Positions 1 to 14,079 of a DNA stretch of 64,000 nt are shown here, in pieces (position 1 is the stretch's first letter; every line of letters starts with the position of its first letter). The notes under the pieces are model-generated. The model searched no databases. It saw only the letters and a list, made by a program, of their open reading frames with translations, and had not been told where the DNA came from. The position numbers were made by a program, and so were the translations under genes. Origin of the DNA: Chiloscyllium plagiosum (taxonomy: Eukaryota); assembly GCF_004010195.1 (NCBI RefSeq), contig NC_057718.1:36130501-36194500 (forward strand). The letters are read 5' to 3'.

Positions 1-224
1 CATGTTCACTCTCAACAGAGATACTGAAAATGAAAATGGATAGCCAGCCAATATTTCTTGCCCTGACGCTGCTGCTAACTGCAACATTATTGACTCCTGT
101 TCGTAAAGAACCCTGAAACAGCACATCTAAGGACTTACTGCATGAGACCCAAGGCTTCTCAAAGCCCCATGATTCTCATGCATTGAAGGCGGGCTTGATA
201 AAATATTCTGGTGTACTTTTACTT

Positions 225-2086
225 CCAAAGGCATTTTACACGTATGTGAGGAATAAGAGAATGATCAAAGAAAGAGTAGGGCCGGTCAGGGATAGCATAA
301 GAAACTTGTGTATAGAGTCGGAGCTGGTAGGGGAAGCGCTAAATGAGTTTTTTGCTTCTGTCTTTACTAAAGAAAAGGACCTTGTTGTGAATGAAACCAT
401 TGAGGATCAGGTAAGCAGCTGGAACGGATGGAGATTGAGGAAGCTGATGTGCTGAAAATTTTGACAAACATTAAGATTGACAAGTCGCCAGGGCCAGACC
501 AGATTTGTCCTCGGCTGCTTTGGGAAGCGAGAAATGTGATTCCTTCGCCGCTTGCGAAGATCTTTGCATCCTCGCTCTCCACTGGGACTCCACCAGGAGT
601 CGTACCTGAGGACTAGAGGGAGGCAAATGTAATTAGTCTCTTCAAGAAAGGAAATAAGGAAATCCCCGGCAATTACAGACCAGTCAGTCTCACATCTGTC
701 ATTTGCAAGGTGTTAGAAAGGATTCTGAGGGATAGGGTTTATGACCATCTGGAAGAGCATGGCTTGATTAAATGCAGTCAGCACGGCTTTGTGAGGGGCA
801 GGTCATGCCTCACAAATCTTATTGAGTTCTTTGAGGATGTTACTAGACATGTTGATGAGGGTCGAGCAATGGATGTGGTGTATATGGACTTCAGCAAGGC
901 ATTTGATAAGGTTCCCCATGGTAGGCTCGTTCAGAAGGTCAGGAGGAATGGAATACAGGGAAATTTAGCTGTCTGGATACAGAATTGGCTGGTCGACAGA
1001 AGACAGCGAGTGGTAGTGGAAGGAAAGTATTCTGCCTGGAGGTGAGTGGTGTTCCACAGGGCTCTGTTCTTGGGCCTCTACTCTTTGTAATTTTTATTAA
1101 TGACATGGATGAGAAGATTGAAGGATGGGTTAGCAAGTTTGCTGATGACACAAAGATTGGAGGTGTCATTGACAGTATAGAGGACTGTTGTAGGCTGCAG
1201 CGGGACATTGACAGGATGCAGAGATGGGCTGAGAGGTGGCAGGTGGAGTTCAATCTGGATAAATGCGAAGTGATGCATTTCGGAAGGTCGAACTTGAAAG
1301 TTGAGTACAGGATTAAAGACAGGATTCTTGGCGATGTGGAGAAACAGCGGGGTCTTGGTGTGTAGGTACATAGATCCCTTAAAATTGCCACCCAAGTGGA
1401 CAGGGTTGTTAAGAAAGCATATGGTGTTTTGGCTTTCATTAACTGGGGGATTGAGTTTAAGAGCCGTGAGAGCTTGTTGCAGCTCTATAAAACTTTGGTT
1501 AGACCACACTTGGAATACTGTGTCCAGTTCTGTTCGCCCTATTATAGGAAAGATGTGGATGCTATGGAGTGGGTTCAGAGGAGGTTTACCAGAATGCTGC
1601 CTGGAATGGAGGGCTTATCTTACGAACCAGAATGCTGCCTGGAATGGAGGGCTTATCTTACGAAGAGAGGTTGACTGAGCTCGGACTTTTCTTATTGGAA
1701 AAAAAGAGGGAAGAGAGAGGATCTAATTTGAGGTGTATAAGATAATGAGAGGCATAGATAGAGTTAATATCCAGAGACTTTTTCCCAGGGCAGAAATGGC
1801 TAACACGAGGGGTCATAGTTTTAAGCTGTTTGGCGGTAAGTATAGAGGGGATGTCAGAAGTGGGTTCTTTACGCAGAGAGTTGTGAGAGCATGGAATGCA
1901 TTGCCAGCAGCAGTTTTGGAAACGAGGTCATTGGGGATATTTAAGAGACTGCTGGACAAGCATATAGTCACAGAAATTTGAGGGTTCATATGTTAGGTTT
2001 ACCTTGCATGAGGATCAATGGTTGGCACAACATCATGGGCTGAAGGGCCTGTTCTGTGCTGTACTGTTCTATGTTCTATGTTCTAT
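225..2086 (+). mobile_element. CR1 LINE, 5'-truncated (ORF2 RT region plus 3' UTR), frameshifted
   Basis: ORF pieces KSPGPDQI, QHGFVRGRSCLTNLIEFF, YMDFSKAFDKVPH, GVPQGSVLGP, KFADDTKI, YKTLVRPHLEY; ends in a (TTCTATG)n tail. Confidence 0.95.
1588..1663 (+). repeat. Perfect 38-bp tandem duplication inside CR1
   Basis: accagaatgctgcctggaatggagggcttatcttacga at 1588-1625 and 1626-1663. Confidence 0.95.
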
Positions 2087-2992
2087 AATAGTTTTAATGA
2101 GACTCCCCATAAATGTAGGGGCCCACAGATATGGGATATACCTTCCATTGAGTCTGACCTCTTCCATCAAAATCTAATGTTATACATTTATTAAATTACC
2201 AAATAAAAATTACATCATGTTCCTTTGTTTTCATATTCTAATTTTGCACAAGCCAATTATCTGTATCCTCTCGATTGTGTAAGCAGTTCCCCTTCATACA
2301 TCTAACTTTATTTTTGGTAATTGATAATTTACTTCTTCGATGTGGAGCTGACTTACATTTTCATAGCAGATAAATGGTAATTAATTAAGCAGTCAACTTT
2401 GTGTTAATTACTTTCATAATTTGATGTTCTGATGTAGAAAATTTATAATTTCTCTTTGATGCAGTACTTTGACTGAAGATGTGATCTTTTGAATGGATAA
2501 TGTAGTTTGTACAAGTTAATAACGTTTTTCACTATAAGAATACTTCATTTCCAGACCTTATTTTCTGAATTTCTAAAGCCAACTTTTTGATATATTGCTG
2601 TGTCAAATTAAAATCAGTAAAATAATTGGAGATGGCTAAAGCATGCTATAAATCTTTCTAGCTGACTAAATGGTTGTGAAATTTGATTTTGCTTAAAAAG
2701 TGCATCATGTATTAAAATGCTTTATTTGTTTCTACATAATTTATGTGGCCAATGGTAGGGCAATGCACAATTGTCATCATCTGAGCCAAGAAAGCATATG
2801 CTTCTAAAGAATAAATTATCATCTCTCTAAACTTAAAGAATGAATAAAGTTTGTATTCATTAAGTGCATGTGTTCTCATGAGAAATCCAAATGTTTCTTT
2901 TTTACATATAATGTATTACATGAAAACAGGCCATTGGGCCCAAACAGTCTATGCTGGTGTTTATACTCTGTGAGCTTTCTCACATCCTACTT

Positions 2993-3457
2993 CATGTTGC
3001 CGGGGTTGGAGGGTTTGAGCTATTGCGACAGCCTGAATAGGCTGGGGCTGGTTTCCCTGGACCGTCAGAGACTGAAGGGTGACCCTATAGATATTTATAA
3101 AATCACGAGGGGTATGGATAGGGTATACAGACAGGGTCTTTTCCTTGGTGTGGGGGCGTCCAGAACTAGAGGGCATAGGTTAGGGTGAGAGGTGAAAATT
3201 TTAAATGGGATCTAAGGAGCAACCTTTTCATGCAGAGAATGGTGCATGTATGGAATGAGATGCCAGAGGAAGTGGTGGAGTCTGGTACAATTACAACAGT
3301 TAAAAGACATCTGGATGTGTATATGAATAGGAAGGGTTTAGAGGGATATGGGCCAAGTTCTGACAAATGGGACTAGATTAGGTTGGGATATCTGGTCAGC
3401 ATGGACGAGTTGGACTGTTGGGTCTGTTTCTGTGCTGTACATCTCTATGACTGTATG
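2993..3457 (+). mobile_element. CR1 LINE 3' fragment
   Basis: MLPGLEGLSY...RTRGH, VWNEMPEEVVE; tail ctctatgactgtatg. Confidence 0.9.
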
Positions 3458-3894
3458 TCAGTCCATGAAAACACTCTACTAGATTGTTTGCTCGCACAGT
3501 TGTTTTGAGCTTCCCCTAATGCATCAATGCAACTCACCATAACCATTCCATGGCAATTTCACAACCTCACCACTCTGTGTAAAGATGTTTCTCTTGAATT
3601 CTATGTTAGTCACTGTCCTTTATATTTATTTAATTTAGTTTTGAATTCACCCACAAGTGGAAACCTATTCACTATGTCTAATCCATTATTATCTTAAAAA
3701 CTCTGTGCTTCAAAAAGTTACTACCATTTATTGGTTTGGAATTAAAGTGCAACTTTAATTGGCACTAAATACCATCATTAGATGTTTCTCCAGCTGCCTG
3801 GTTAGAAAAGCTGGCTTATGGCCAGACGTTTTGTACAATAATGTAAACAGACCTTTAGGGCTGAATCTTACTTTTTTTGGCTATTCGTTAGTTT

Positions 3895-3979
3895 TGAAAA
3901 TGTGTTGCTGGAAAAGCGCAGCAGGTCAGGCAGCATCCAGGGAACAGGAGAATCGATGTTTCGGGCATAAGCCCTTCAT
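3895..3979 (-). mobile_element. PLE family A terminal fragment (single arm), 9-bp TSD
   Basis: Matches the terminus of 17122-17538; ttagttttg at 3888-3896 and 3979-3987; stops inside the hammerhead CTGATGA box. Confidence 0.85.
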
Positions 3980-4447
3980 TAGTTTTGTCAAGTTTCACAG
4001 AAGGTTTCTTGCTGCAAGGCCGAACAAGGTTACTTAACGTAGTTAACCAAACACACCTCATTAACTACCTACCCTGTCTCTATGGTGCCCTGTCATGTTA
4101 TTCTAGCCCCATCTTACTGCATGCCACTCCCAGGATAACTCACTATTTGCCCCTGTACCCCCAAACCAGACTGGACCCTATGGAGACACAGGGCTGACCA
4201 GGACCTACTCCTTGGTCTGAAGAGACAGGACCTCTGACCAAGATCTCCATGACTGGCTGCCTGACTGTGGCCAATCTCCTGGTCCTGACTGATATCAGAG
4301 GCTGCCCTTGACAAATACGATGCCAAGACACACCCACCCCTCCTGAAACATGGGGTGCTTCCATAGACTTCAGTAAGGACTACCCTCTTGAGACAGTGAG
4401 ACTTGCTTACTGGACATGCATTGTACTTGCCAGGTAAGCTGCTGGCA

Positions 4448-4705
4448 CATAGAATCATAGAGGTATACAGCACGGAAACAGACCCTTAGGTCCAATTTGT
4501 CCATGTCAACCAGATATCTTAAACTCATCTAGTCCCACTTGCCAGCATTTGGGCCACATCCCTCTAAACCCTTCTAATTTATATACCCATCCAGATGCAT
4601 TTTAAATGTTGTAATTGTACCCACTTCCATGACCTCTTCAGGCAGCTCATTCCATACAAGCACCACACTCTGCATGAAAAAGTTGCCCCTCAGGGCCCTT
4701 TTAAA
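4448..4705 (-). mobile_element. CR1 LINE 3' fragment
   Basis: Reverse complement matches 3200-3457. Confidence 0.88.
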
Positions 4706-5427
4706 CTGTCATCCATCACACTCCATGGCTCCTATAAATTCCTTATTGCCTCTAACTGCTACTCCAACAGATCTGATAGGATTTGCAACCAAACACACTT
4801 CCTGCAGGCAAAGTCTTCAAGAACATCAAAATGCTTCCTGATCTCCCACATTTGATAAGAAGAGTACATCACTTTATAAAAACCACCTGCTCCTTTACCA
4901 ATCTTCAGATCCAGAAAATACTTAAAAACAAGCACAACAGACTTTGTTCAAAAACGTAGTGTTAGCACAGTCTTACTGCTCAAAAAACCTTCCGAGGATA
5001 ACTTAATAACTATCTTTTCTATTAAAAAATCAATCAAGGGACAGATCTTAGTAAAACATAAAATAACCCCTTACCTTACTCACTGTGAGAGTGTAGGTAT
5101 GAGTTTGATGAGTGATACCCTCTTGACTGAACACTGCTGACCAGCAAGCCAAGCTGACTGCTTGTTGGACTGCAGTAATTGGAACAGCAAGCCAAAGTGT
5201 AGATGCTGCAACCATGCAGATAGGTGCCAAGCGAGCGAGTGCTAAGAAAGGAGATGAGCAGCCATGAGATAGAGCTTGGTCCAATCCATGAGCTGGGTGC
5301 TTGGCCGTGTATACAAAAAGCCTTTCAGTGCTTTTCACCAATGACCACAGTCTGTGCTTCCTATGTGGTATGAAGATCCTGAGAACTTGATTAATATTGG
5401 ATACTGGGTTGATTCGGTTGTCACTGC

Positions 5428-6560
5428 AAGATATGTGTGCAGGAGGATTTCCTGACACAGCATGTTGAAGGTCCAACAAGAGGGAAGGCCACACTGGATC
5501 TGGTGCTTGGTGATGAACCAGGACAGGTGTTTGCTTTAGTTGTAGGTGAGCACTTTGGACAGAGTGACCATAATTCAGTTACATTTAGTTTAGCGATGGA
5601 AAGGGATAGGTACATGCCACAGGACAAGAGTTGTCGATGGGGCAAGGACAATTATAATGCGATTAGGCAAGACTTAGAAAACACAGAATGGGGTAGAAAA
5701 ATGCAGGGGGTTAGAAAAAGGCCCTTCGGCCCAACAAGTCCACACCAACCCTCCAAAGAGTAACCCACCAAGACACATTTCCCTCTGACTAATGCACCTA
5801 ACTCTCCGGGCAATTTAGAATGGCCAATTCACCTGACCTGCACATCTTTGGACTGGGAGGAAACCAGAGCACCTGGAGGAAACCCACATAGACACGGGCA
5901 GAATATGCAAACTCCACACAGACAGTCACCCAAGGCTGGAATTGAACCTTGGTCCCTGGCTCTGTGAGGCAGCAATGTTAACCACTGAGCCACCATGCCG
6001 CCCACAGGTTGGGGACAATTGAAATGTGGAGCTGGTTTAAGGAATAGATATTGCACGTCCTTGATAGGTATGTCCCTGCCAGGCAGGGAGGAAGTGATAA
6101 GGTAAGGGAACCGTGGTTTACTACAGAAGTTGGATCTCTTATTAAGCAGAAGAAGGAGGCTTACGTGACGATGAGACAAGATTGTTCAGGTGAGGCAATG
6201 GAGAGTTACAGATTAACTAGGAAGGATTGAAAGAGAGGTGGCAGGTGGGACTAGATTAGATTGGGATATCTGGTCAGCATGAACGGGTTGGACCAAAGGG
6301 TCTATTTCCATGCTGTACATCTCTATGACATGAGCAGTCTTTAGCAGGTCGAATAAAGAAGAACCCTAAAGCTTTCTACAGGTATGTGAGGAATAAAAGG
6401 ATGACTAGGGTAAGAATAGGGCAAGTCACAGACAGAAGTGGGAAGTTGTGTGTGGACCCTGAGGAGATTGGAGAGGTGCTAAACGAATATTTCCCATCAG
6501 TATTCAGTCACGAATATCGAGGGTCAAAGGGCCTGTTCTGCATTGTATTGTTCTATATTG
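5428..6560 (+). mobile_element. CR1 LINE fragment (endonuclease C-terminus to linker, then 3' tail), interrupted by HE1 and a second CR1 tail (about 6236-6330)
   Basis: FLTQHVEGPTRGKATLDLVL...SDHNSVTF (APE motif); RNKRMTRVRIG. Confidence 0.88.
5714..6003 (-). mobile_element. HE1-type V-SINE
   Basis: tRNA-like head gggcggcatggtggctcagtgg, V-domain tgtgtggagtttgcatattc, CR1-like tail gggccgaagggcc on the minus strand. Confidence 0.9.
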
Positions 6561-7834
6561 TTGTGTGGTGACCAACACGGAGGCTGATTGCAGTGAGCTG
6601 AAGCTGCCAGGTACCCACTCTGATTGCCATGTCGAGAATTCTAGTTTGCTCAGTTGATAAGATGGGACATTGTGTTTTCATGAGGTAAAGTGTGCAGTTA
6701 ATAATGTGGTTAATAAACAATGATTCCCCTAATCTCAACTCACTGCTGCCCTGTGACAATCGTGCCTCAATGAATGAAACTTGCATAAAAAATGCCACAA
6801 GCTGTTCCCCAACATTGAGGTCGGCCTCACTGGATTTGTTGTGCGATTCTGCCACCACTCTCATCATAACACACATTGTTCTATCCTAAGTAGTTGATAC
6901 TTCTTCCCTACATTGGTTTTCAAACACCACATACATTTTAATTCCTTTGACCAGTCTGTTGCTGTCATTCACAATCAATTATTTCATTTCTCATCACAGC
7001 TATAAATTGAGAGGTGATAAAATGGATTGGTAGTATTGACTAAACACGACAGCTGGTTTTAAACATTCGTTGTCACCCGATGCCAATCAAAAGCGAATTT
7101 GTTAATCAAGGGAAGACAATTATGCGAAACATCTGCAAATTAATGCAAAAGGACCTGGATAAAATAATAGGAGTCAAGATGTGCAACTCTTCTTTCTGTT
7201 AAAGTTGATTTTCAGACAAAACAGGCCTATGCCTAATAGCTGACAAATTTATCAATGTCAGCTATTTTACATTATCACCCAAGTTCAAATTACTATTCCT
7301 GAATTAGAATAATGGTCTCAGACTGTATTGTGGGAGATGGCCTACAATTCCTGAAGTATGCCCAGTTTTACATTGTGAAAGACAGTTTTTGGCTTTGTTG
7401 AGAAAAGCAGCAAATTCACTGCAGAAAATACATTTTAATACCATGCTACTGAAACTTTTCAATGATTCAAAGCTGAATCTGGTCCTTCCAGGATTTCTTG
7501 CCAGCTACATTTGAACAGATATTAGAGAAGCAAATCTGCACCCAGCTTCCTTCTGTCAAGTGGCATTTCTGGGGGATTTTCCAGTCTGTTCTGAGTAATT
7601 AGCCCAGTGTGTCTTTGGCTAGCTGTGCAAAACCCATGCCAGCAGGAAGCTACATAAACCCTGCTAAAACTTTATCAGAGACTTTAAAAAGTAGTGTCCA
7701 AAAGCAGTTGATTCCAAATGTTTTGCCAAAATACTACATCCTAAAATATCCCCCAAGAGCTTAAAATTAAACTTGTTGTCTTTTTATCTGTCCCTTCCCG
7801 AGCTCTTTTACTTTGTTTGCATTGTACAGAGCTG

Positions 7835-8910
7835 GAGAGTCTCAGAGCCAAGCAACATGGAAACAGACTGGGTCTAACTCGTCCATGCCAGCCAGATTTC
7901 CCAAACCAAACTAGTCCTATTTGCATACATTTGGCCCATATCCCTCTAAACCTTTACAATTCATGTACCGTGTCTAAATGCTTTTTAAATATTGTACCTG
8001 CATTTACCACTTCCTTTCACAGCTCATTCTACATGTGAAACACCCCCATGTGATAAAGTCCCTTAGGTCCCTTTTAAATCTTTTGTCACGGACCCGACCA
8101 GACCCCCTCAAAATATTTTAAGAAGGTAGCCCAGGTACTAACTTTTTCATGTTTTAAAGGTAGCTGTGAAGTGCATGTTCTAGATGTGATGCAACAGGTC
8201 AAACTACTTGATATTAAATAAAACACATTTAGTTAAACACTGTAGTTAAATTACAAACAAAAGAAGAGGAATTTTGAATAAATTAACCATTGGAAAATTT
8301 AACTGAATAATAGACACAGTACCTATTACTGATGAAATATTCCAATATAGTAACACCCCAGAAATACACCCCTTGGCAACAAAGGTAAATGCAGGCACAG
8401 ATTCTTATATGTACTTCTCTCATCCAGGAGGAAACAATATCGAGAGATTTCAGAGAAAGTAGCAGCTAAGAATCACATTTACTGAAGCTTCCAACCCTCC
8501 TGGGAGCCAAAAAAGATTCTGACTGTTACAGTTAAAAAAACCCTATAAAGCCTGATCTATGAGACACGCCTCCTCTACCCCCCCCCCCCCCTCCATTGTT
8601 ACAACCATTTTTTTTAAAACTTAAAGGCCTCCTAAGTTATTTACTTAAGCTGTTTTAAAGTAACCAGTTCAGCACCTCTGCTTTTACAGCCTCTCTTCAA
8701 CAAAAGCCCAAGGCAAAATAACATTTTTAAAGTAACAACATTGTCACATTTTCTCATCTCAACTGAAAACAAAATCCTTCTAAGTTTGAACTCCCCAACC
8801 CTTGGGAAAAGACTTTTGCTATTCACCTAATCTAACCAAATCAATGATTTTATAAATCTGTCTCAACCTCTTACGTTCCAGTGAAAACAGTTGTAGCTTA
8901 TCCAGCCTCT
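7835..8910 (-). mobile_element. CR1 3' fragment split by a solo LTR
   Basis: CR1 3' UTR and ORF end at 7835-8083, resuming at 8749-8910. Confidence 0.8.
8084..8748. mobile_element. Probable solo LTR (665 bp)
   Basis: TGT...ACA ends; cleanly interrupts CR1; near-TSD cttt/tttt. Confidence 0.6.
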
Positions 8911-9413
8911 CTTTCCTTCCATCAAATGCCTATGAAGCCCCTAATAAACATGAGTAGGATATTCAGATCAGTTAAAAAAAAACATTCTCAGGATTTGGGA
9001 CTGATGGGAGCATTTTGGTCCATGCATTATCATTGGCAGAGTGGGAGCTATCATTGCAGCTCCACTGAATCAATATTTATCAATATTCAATGTTACTAAT
9101 ATCTAATTTATATTCATATGTTTTATAGATTTGTAACTCTTTTAGGAAATTGTATTTACAAATGTAGATATGGAAACTTGTAAAATTATGGAAATATGGC
9201 AAAGGTAGGAATGGGAAAAAAGTGGGTTTGGGAAGCTGGCAAACATTCCCAAGATAATTACAATTCAGAGAGTGGTCAGAGTTTACTTAAAGAAGTTAGA
9301 TTTGGATGTGTGAAAACACGATACAGCAGATGGTCTTCTTTTAGCTTCTCAATACCACCAGCGACTCTGGGAGGTTATATTTGTCCCGGTTAGTGATTTA
9401 TATTAGTTTCCCG

Positions 9414-9709
9414 ACAGTGTGGAAACAATCCCTTTAGCCCAATAAGTCCACACCGACCCTCCGAAGAGCAACCCACCCAGACTCATTCCCCTACATTTAC
9501 CCCTAACACTACAGGCAATTTAGCATGGCCAATTCACCTGACCTGCACATCTTTGGACTGTGGGAGGAAACTGGAGCACCCGGAGGAAACCCACACAGAC
9601 ACAGGGAGAATGTGCAAACTCCACACAGACAGTTGCCCGAGGATGGGAATTGAACCTGTGTCCCTGGCGTTGTTAGGCAGCAGTGCTAACCACTGTTCCA
9701 CCGTGCTGC
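9414..9709 (-). mobile_element. HE1-type V-SINE
   Basis: Head, V-domain and tail all present on the minus strand. Confidence 0.92.
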
Positions 9710-11039
9710 GATATTATTAATCATAATATTATTTATTATATTATTTATATAATTCCTCAATATCAAAGGAAGCATTGGCATCATTTTATAAACAAAGGAA
9801 GGTATTAAAGTATCGATATTCATTTTAGATAAAGTGAAGTTTTGGACAGTTGAGGTAAGTCATTTTAAGTTCTATTTGGAAACATCGTAGGTATGCCATG
9901 TTGCTATCCAAGTAATTATGCAAGGAGGTACCCTTTAGTTTTGAGGTTTATCTGCATGTTTTCTTACAAAAATAGGCAATTGCCGTCAGCTTTGGAGAAG
10001 ATTTCAGGCAAGCAGAAGAAACAACCTGCCACTAACAAAGAGCTATCTGAAACCAAGGGTGTTTTCTGATTTGGATTTATAATAATGCAAGAGTACAGAG
10101 ACCCTTTCTTGAACAGAAAGGTCCACAATTGTGAGATTCTGAAGGAGAGTTGGAGAGTTTGTTTAACAGAATCTAAAGAAATTTCTTGCCTAGAAGGAAG
10201 ACTGAGGAGGATCAAAGTGATCTCTGAAAAGCTTTGCCCCAGGAGAAGCTAAGGTCGTCATAAGATTTTGGAAAAAGTACACTATAGGGAGTGTTCTGTT
10301 GAGATGTTCTAGTTTAAAGAATATGAGTTTACAAAATTGCATCAGTAGAACTTGTTTTTTGCCGAACTCTTGTATAGTGTTTAAAAATGTGGCAAAATTC
10401 ATACCGTTAACGACTGGCAGTTTAGATTTCTTTTTAAGAGTTACTGGTACCCATTAAGATTCTAAATAGGCGAGTGCACAAAATGTGATGACCTCATTCT
10501 CTGCCCTTTCCTCATGTGCCCCCTGAAATCCACAAACTCTAGTTTATAAACATGAATCAGAATATGAGGCTTGATTCCACTATCAGCTGAAGGTAGTGTT
10601 TACATGTTGTTGCTGCTGCAGAATCAGATCACGAATTAATGATATTGTTCTTTGGTCTCTTAGGCATTGGTTGAATCCAGCTCAGACAGTTATCTGGATT
10701 GAATCCATCCTTCAGAAGCAAAAACACATTGGCCTGAATATTTCCCATGTTGCAGTTAAGTGTGATGGTGGATAAGTTTCTTTGCATCCATGGCTCACAG
10801 TGAATTTTCTCGTGCAATCTTCTGCTTTTCACCTTATTCATGATAAAATTAGGATCTTGGGCATGCTTCTAGCAGATTCACATAGCTGATAAAATGGAAA
10901 TACAAAACCTTTCACCATTTATATCTCTGGCACTTCATTTATTAAAACCTAGCTGCACACTTCAGACACTACAAGCTATATAAAAAAATAAAATCCCTCA
11001 CAGTGTGGTGTTTGAGTCCAACAGAAAGCAAAGTTCACT

Positions 11040-11900
11040 CCCCAATTCGAGGACAGGACCAGGAGGTGCTGGTGAACAGGGCAGTAGAGAAGAGAGCAGT
11101 CTTTTCTCCAGCTGACTAATGGGGAGGCCAAATCAGTGCTGCGACCAGAGTGAAAGGTGACGTCCTAGAGTGCAGAAAGAAGGTCAATGATCTCAGGAGT
11201 GCTCTCCAGGGGTCAGTTACCATTCTCCCTGCTACGTCACACTCACAGGAACCACCACTCACTCTAAATCTGCCATTGTATACACGTCTATTCAAGGCTC
11301 TTGAACCACAGTTCTCGGTATTGCATTCACCATGTTCATTCTCACCCAGCTTATCTGCCCAAACTATTCACCCATTCTGCACCTGAGCTTCCTATATATT
11401 CACTGGGATCATCTCACCATCTCCCCTGCTTCTGCATAGCCACTGACTGTTAATCCATCCTTTTCTAGCATACTTAATGACACCCTTTTCTCCCATTGCA
11501 GGAAAAACCAGCCCACAATCAGGATAACATTACATTACATTACATTACAGTGTGGAAACAGGCCCTTCGGCCCAACAAGTCCACACCGACCCGCCGAAGC
11601 GAAACCCACCCATACCCCTACATTTACCCCTTATTTAATACTACGGGCAATTTAGCGTGGCCAATTCACCTGACCTGCACATCTTTGGACTGTGGGAGGA
11701 AACCGGAGCACCCGGAGGAAACCCACGCAGACACGGGGAGAACGTGCAAACTCCACACAGTCAGTCGCCTAAGAGACTCAAGACCAGTAAGGGTGATGGT
11801 GGACTTCAGTTTTGTCAATCCCAGTGAGGTGGAAGTATTGGATCTAGCTGCGGATGAGCAGAAATGCTCAGGTAGTGATGGGCTAGTACTAATGGGCAGC
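11040..11900 (+). pseudogene. Harbinger Myb/SANT-like DNA-binding protein relic (intron-containing)
   Basis: DQEVLVNRAVEKRAVLF and ECRKKVNDLR; acceptor ttttctcccattgcag followed by EKPAHNQ at about 11501; split by HE1. Confidence 0.75.
11528..11770 (-). mobile_element. HE1-type V-SINE, 5'-truncated, young
   Basis: Near-identical to 48626-48867; (TAATG)n tail; CpGs intact. Confidence 0.95.
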
Positions 11901-14079
11901 TTCATGGTGCTGAGCTGCTTTCCCATTACCACTAGCACTAACCCATTCTTAATCTGCACAAACCTTTGTGCATCTTCTTCAACAAATTTTCTCTCATTCC
12001 TCATGACCCCAGTGAATCTCCACAAAGAGGCCCTCAGAGGCCCCTTTATCCTTGAGGAGGAAGCCAGTGAATCTGAGGATACCCCAGAAAGGCCTCCCCC
12101 AGAACCCTGCATCAGGTCAAAGGCTTTCACCTCAGAAGGCAATGTTTCTGGCTTCGACTCGGGTGAATAATCTCATGAGTGCATCACTGACCTGTCTCTG
12201 CTGAAGCTGGACGAGGCAATACCCCAGATCTCTGGAACTCAAAGTCTACTGGAGACCAGACACCTGCTTTGCCCCAGGCAGATGTACTCCTGCTTTCAGC
12301 CATTAATGACTTAGTGAAAGAGCAGAAATAGCCCCATTATCATCAGACAACATTGCCAGAGGCGTGCAGTAGGCTGCAACAAAGGACAGAGGAACCCACC
12401 CATGTTTTCAGTGTTGTCCTGGTTTCAGCAAGCACATGCCTGCCTGCCTGATGATTGCCATGGGTAAGTGTCTGCCAGATATATACATGGACCTACATTC
12501 CATCGCATTTGCCATGGATGCTCAGGATCAATGGCGAGGTAAGAGTTGGGAGCAAGGAACTTTGATCTCACTCTGGTTTCCCCATCCTCTCAGGCTGGTG
12601 CAAGCAGGCACCCAAAGGGAGGAGGAACAACAAACAGGATGACCAGAAGCTTCTTCTTGGCTTACTCAAGAAGTACCTGCTCCCTTCACCTCCACCTGTA
12701 CTGTGATGTGAAAGCCTTCAGCAGAACAAGCCAAAGAGGGTGAACCTTTAGCTGGGCAGAGACCTCAGTGGGCCTAAGTCCCATTAGGCCCAAGCCTTCC
12801 AAGTCAGGAGGCCCAACAAAAGAGCACTGTCCTCTACCTGTGCTGTAGAAGATGGACCTGCACTTCAATGTAGTGAGAGCTGGGGAGGAAGCAGACTTAT
12901 TGAAGGTCATTGTAAATAACCTATTACTTTTGTTAATATATTTTCACTTGCATTGTTGCATTGTCTGCTGTCATATATGTTTTGCTATCGGATCTGGTTA
13001 AGTCACACCCACATTAGAGATAAGCAGTCGCTTCAGACATCCCAATCATAAATGGAACTGTAATCTTTAAGCATTACTCAACTCTTACAAGTTGCCAACT
13101 CAGATAACCTCACATCAGGAGTCCTTGAAATGTGCTGTTGAGGCCTGCAGCTAAGACATTGCACTTTAATGTGGGCAACACTAAACATTTTCTATGACCT
13201 GATCTACGTGCAACAATCCACATCTGACAGTACAGAATCAGTGATGATTCCACAAATCTCAACAGAGAAAATTTGTTTGATGTATCAGCTTTTCAAGTGT
13301 GAACATTGCCATTCAAGGTTGGGAGGTGGATGTTGTGGAGCTCACAAGTCCACTGTCTCTCAGAGAGATCTGTACAAAATACCTCTTCTTGTAGGTTCAA
13401 CACTATCAGAGAGAATGTTCAAGCACTCCAAGGCAATTTAACAGTCTATGGACCTCTGAAACATTGAAGAACTACCAATGATGAAAGGGTCAAAAGGTGA
13501 TTCCTCAGAATTCCTGTTAACCTGGTGTCTATCACTAGGGATGTCACTACACAACACTTGGATATCAGATCCTCACTGATGCCTTAAGAGCTACCTAACA
13601 TTAGCAGCATGCAATATTACTGCAGTGTCTTACTGCTCTCTTTTCCCTGAAGGTCATATGACCAGGTATTATATGGATGCTTTAAAGTGGAGCCACCTGA
13701 AGATACCTTGATTTCAATCACTTGGGTAAGGGCATTTATTCAGCAACACAAACCGTTGATGACTGCAAGAATAACAAGGTGCACAGAAATAAAATTTGTT
13801 CATGCCCTTTGCACTGATTAGGGGCGACTTGCCAGATTAATGGAAAATGAAACAAAGTCTGAGCTTGCTCATTTATTTTGAAAGCAGGGGGCTCTGAGGT
13901 TGACTGTAGCCTCTCAGGTTCTGTGATACATTGCTTTGTTTTGCTGCTCTCCTGAACAGCCCTCCTTGTGAGTGTTCTGATCCTACGCCACATATTCATT
14001 CTCAGAGGACTGCTGTCAAACCATCATATTGTCTGCATCCAGGACTTACCTGCTTTGTCAGCTCCAGTTGCGAAGGGCA

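Noticed and set aside
9800..10490. Additional solo LTRs (also about 3986-4967, 16944-18014, 57649-58228)
   Set aside because: LTR-like composition but termini or TSDs could not be verified.
10663..10775. Exon encoding HWLNPAQTVIWIES (FERM-like)
   Set aside because: Good acceptor but no convincing donor, early stop and trivial similarity.
11496..12170. 224-aa novel protein
   Set aside because: Chance read-through of a Harbinger relic and an antisense HE1 SINE.
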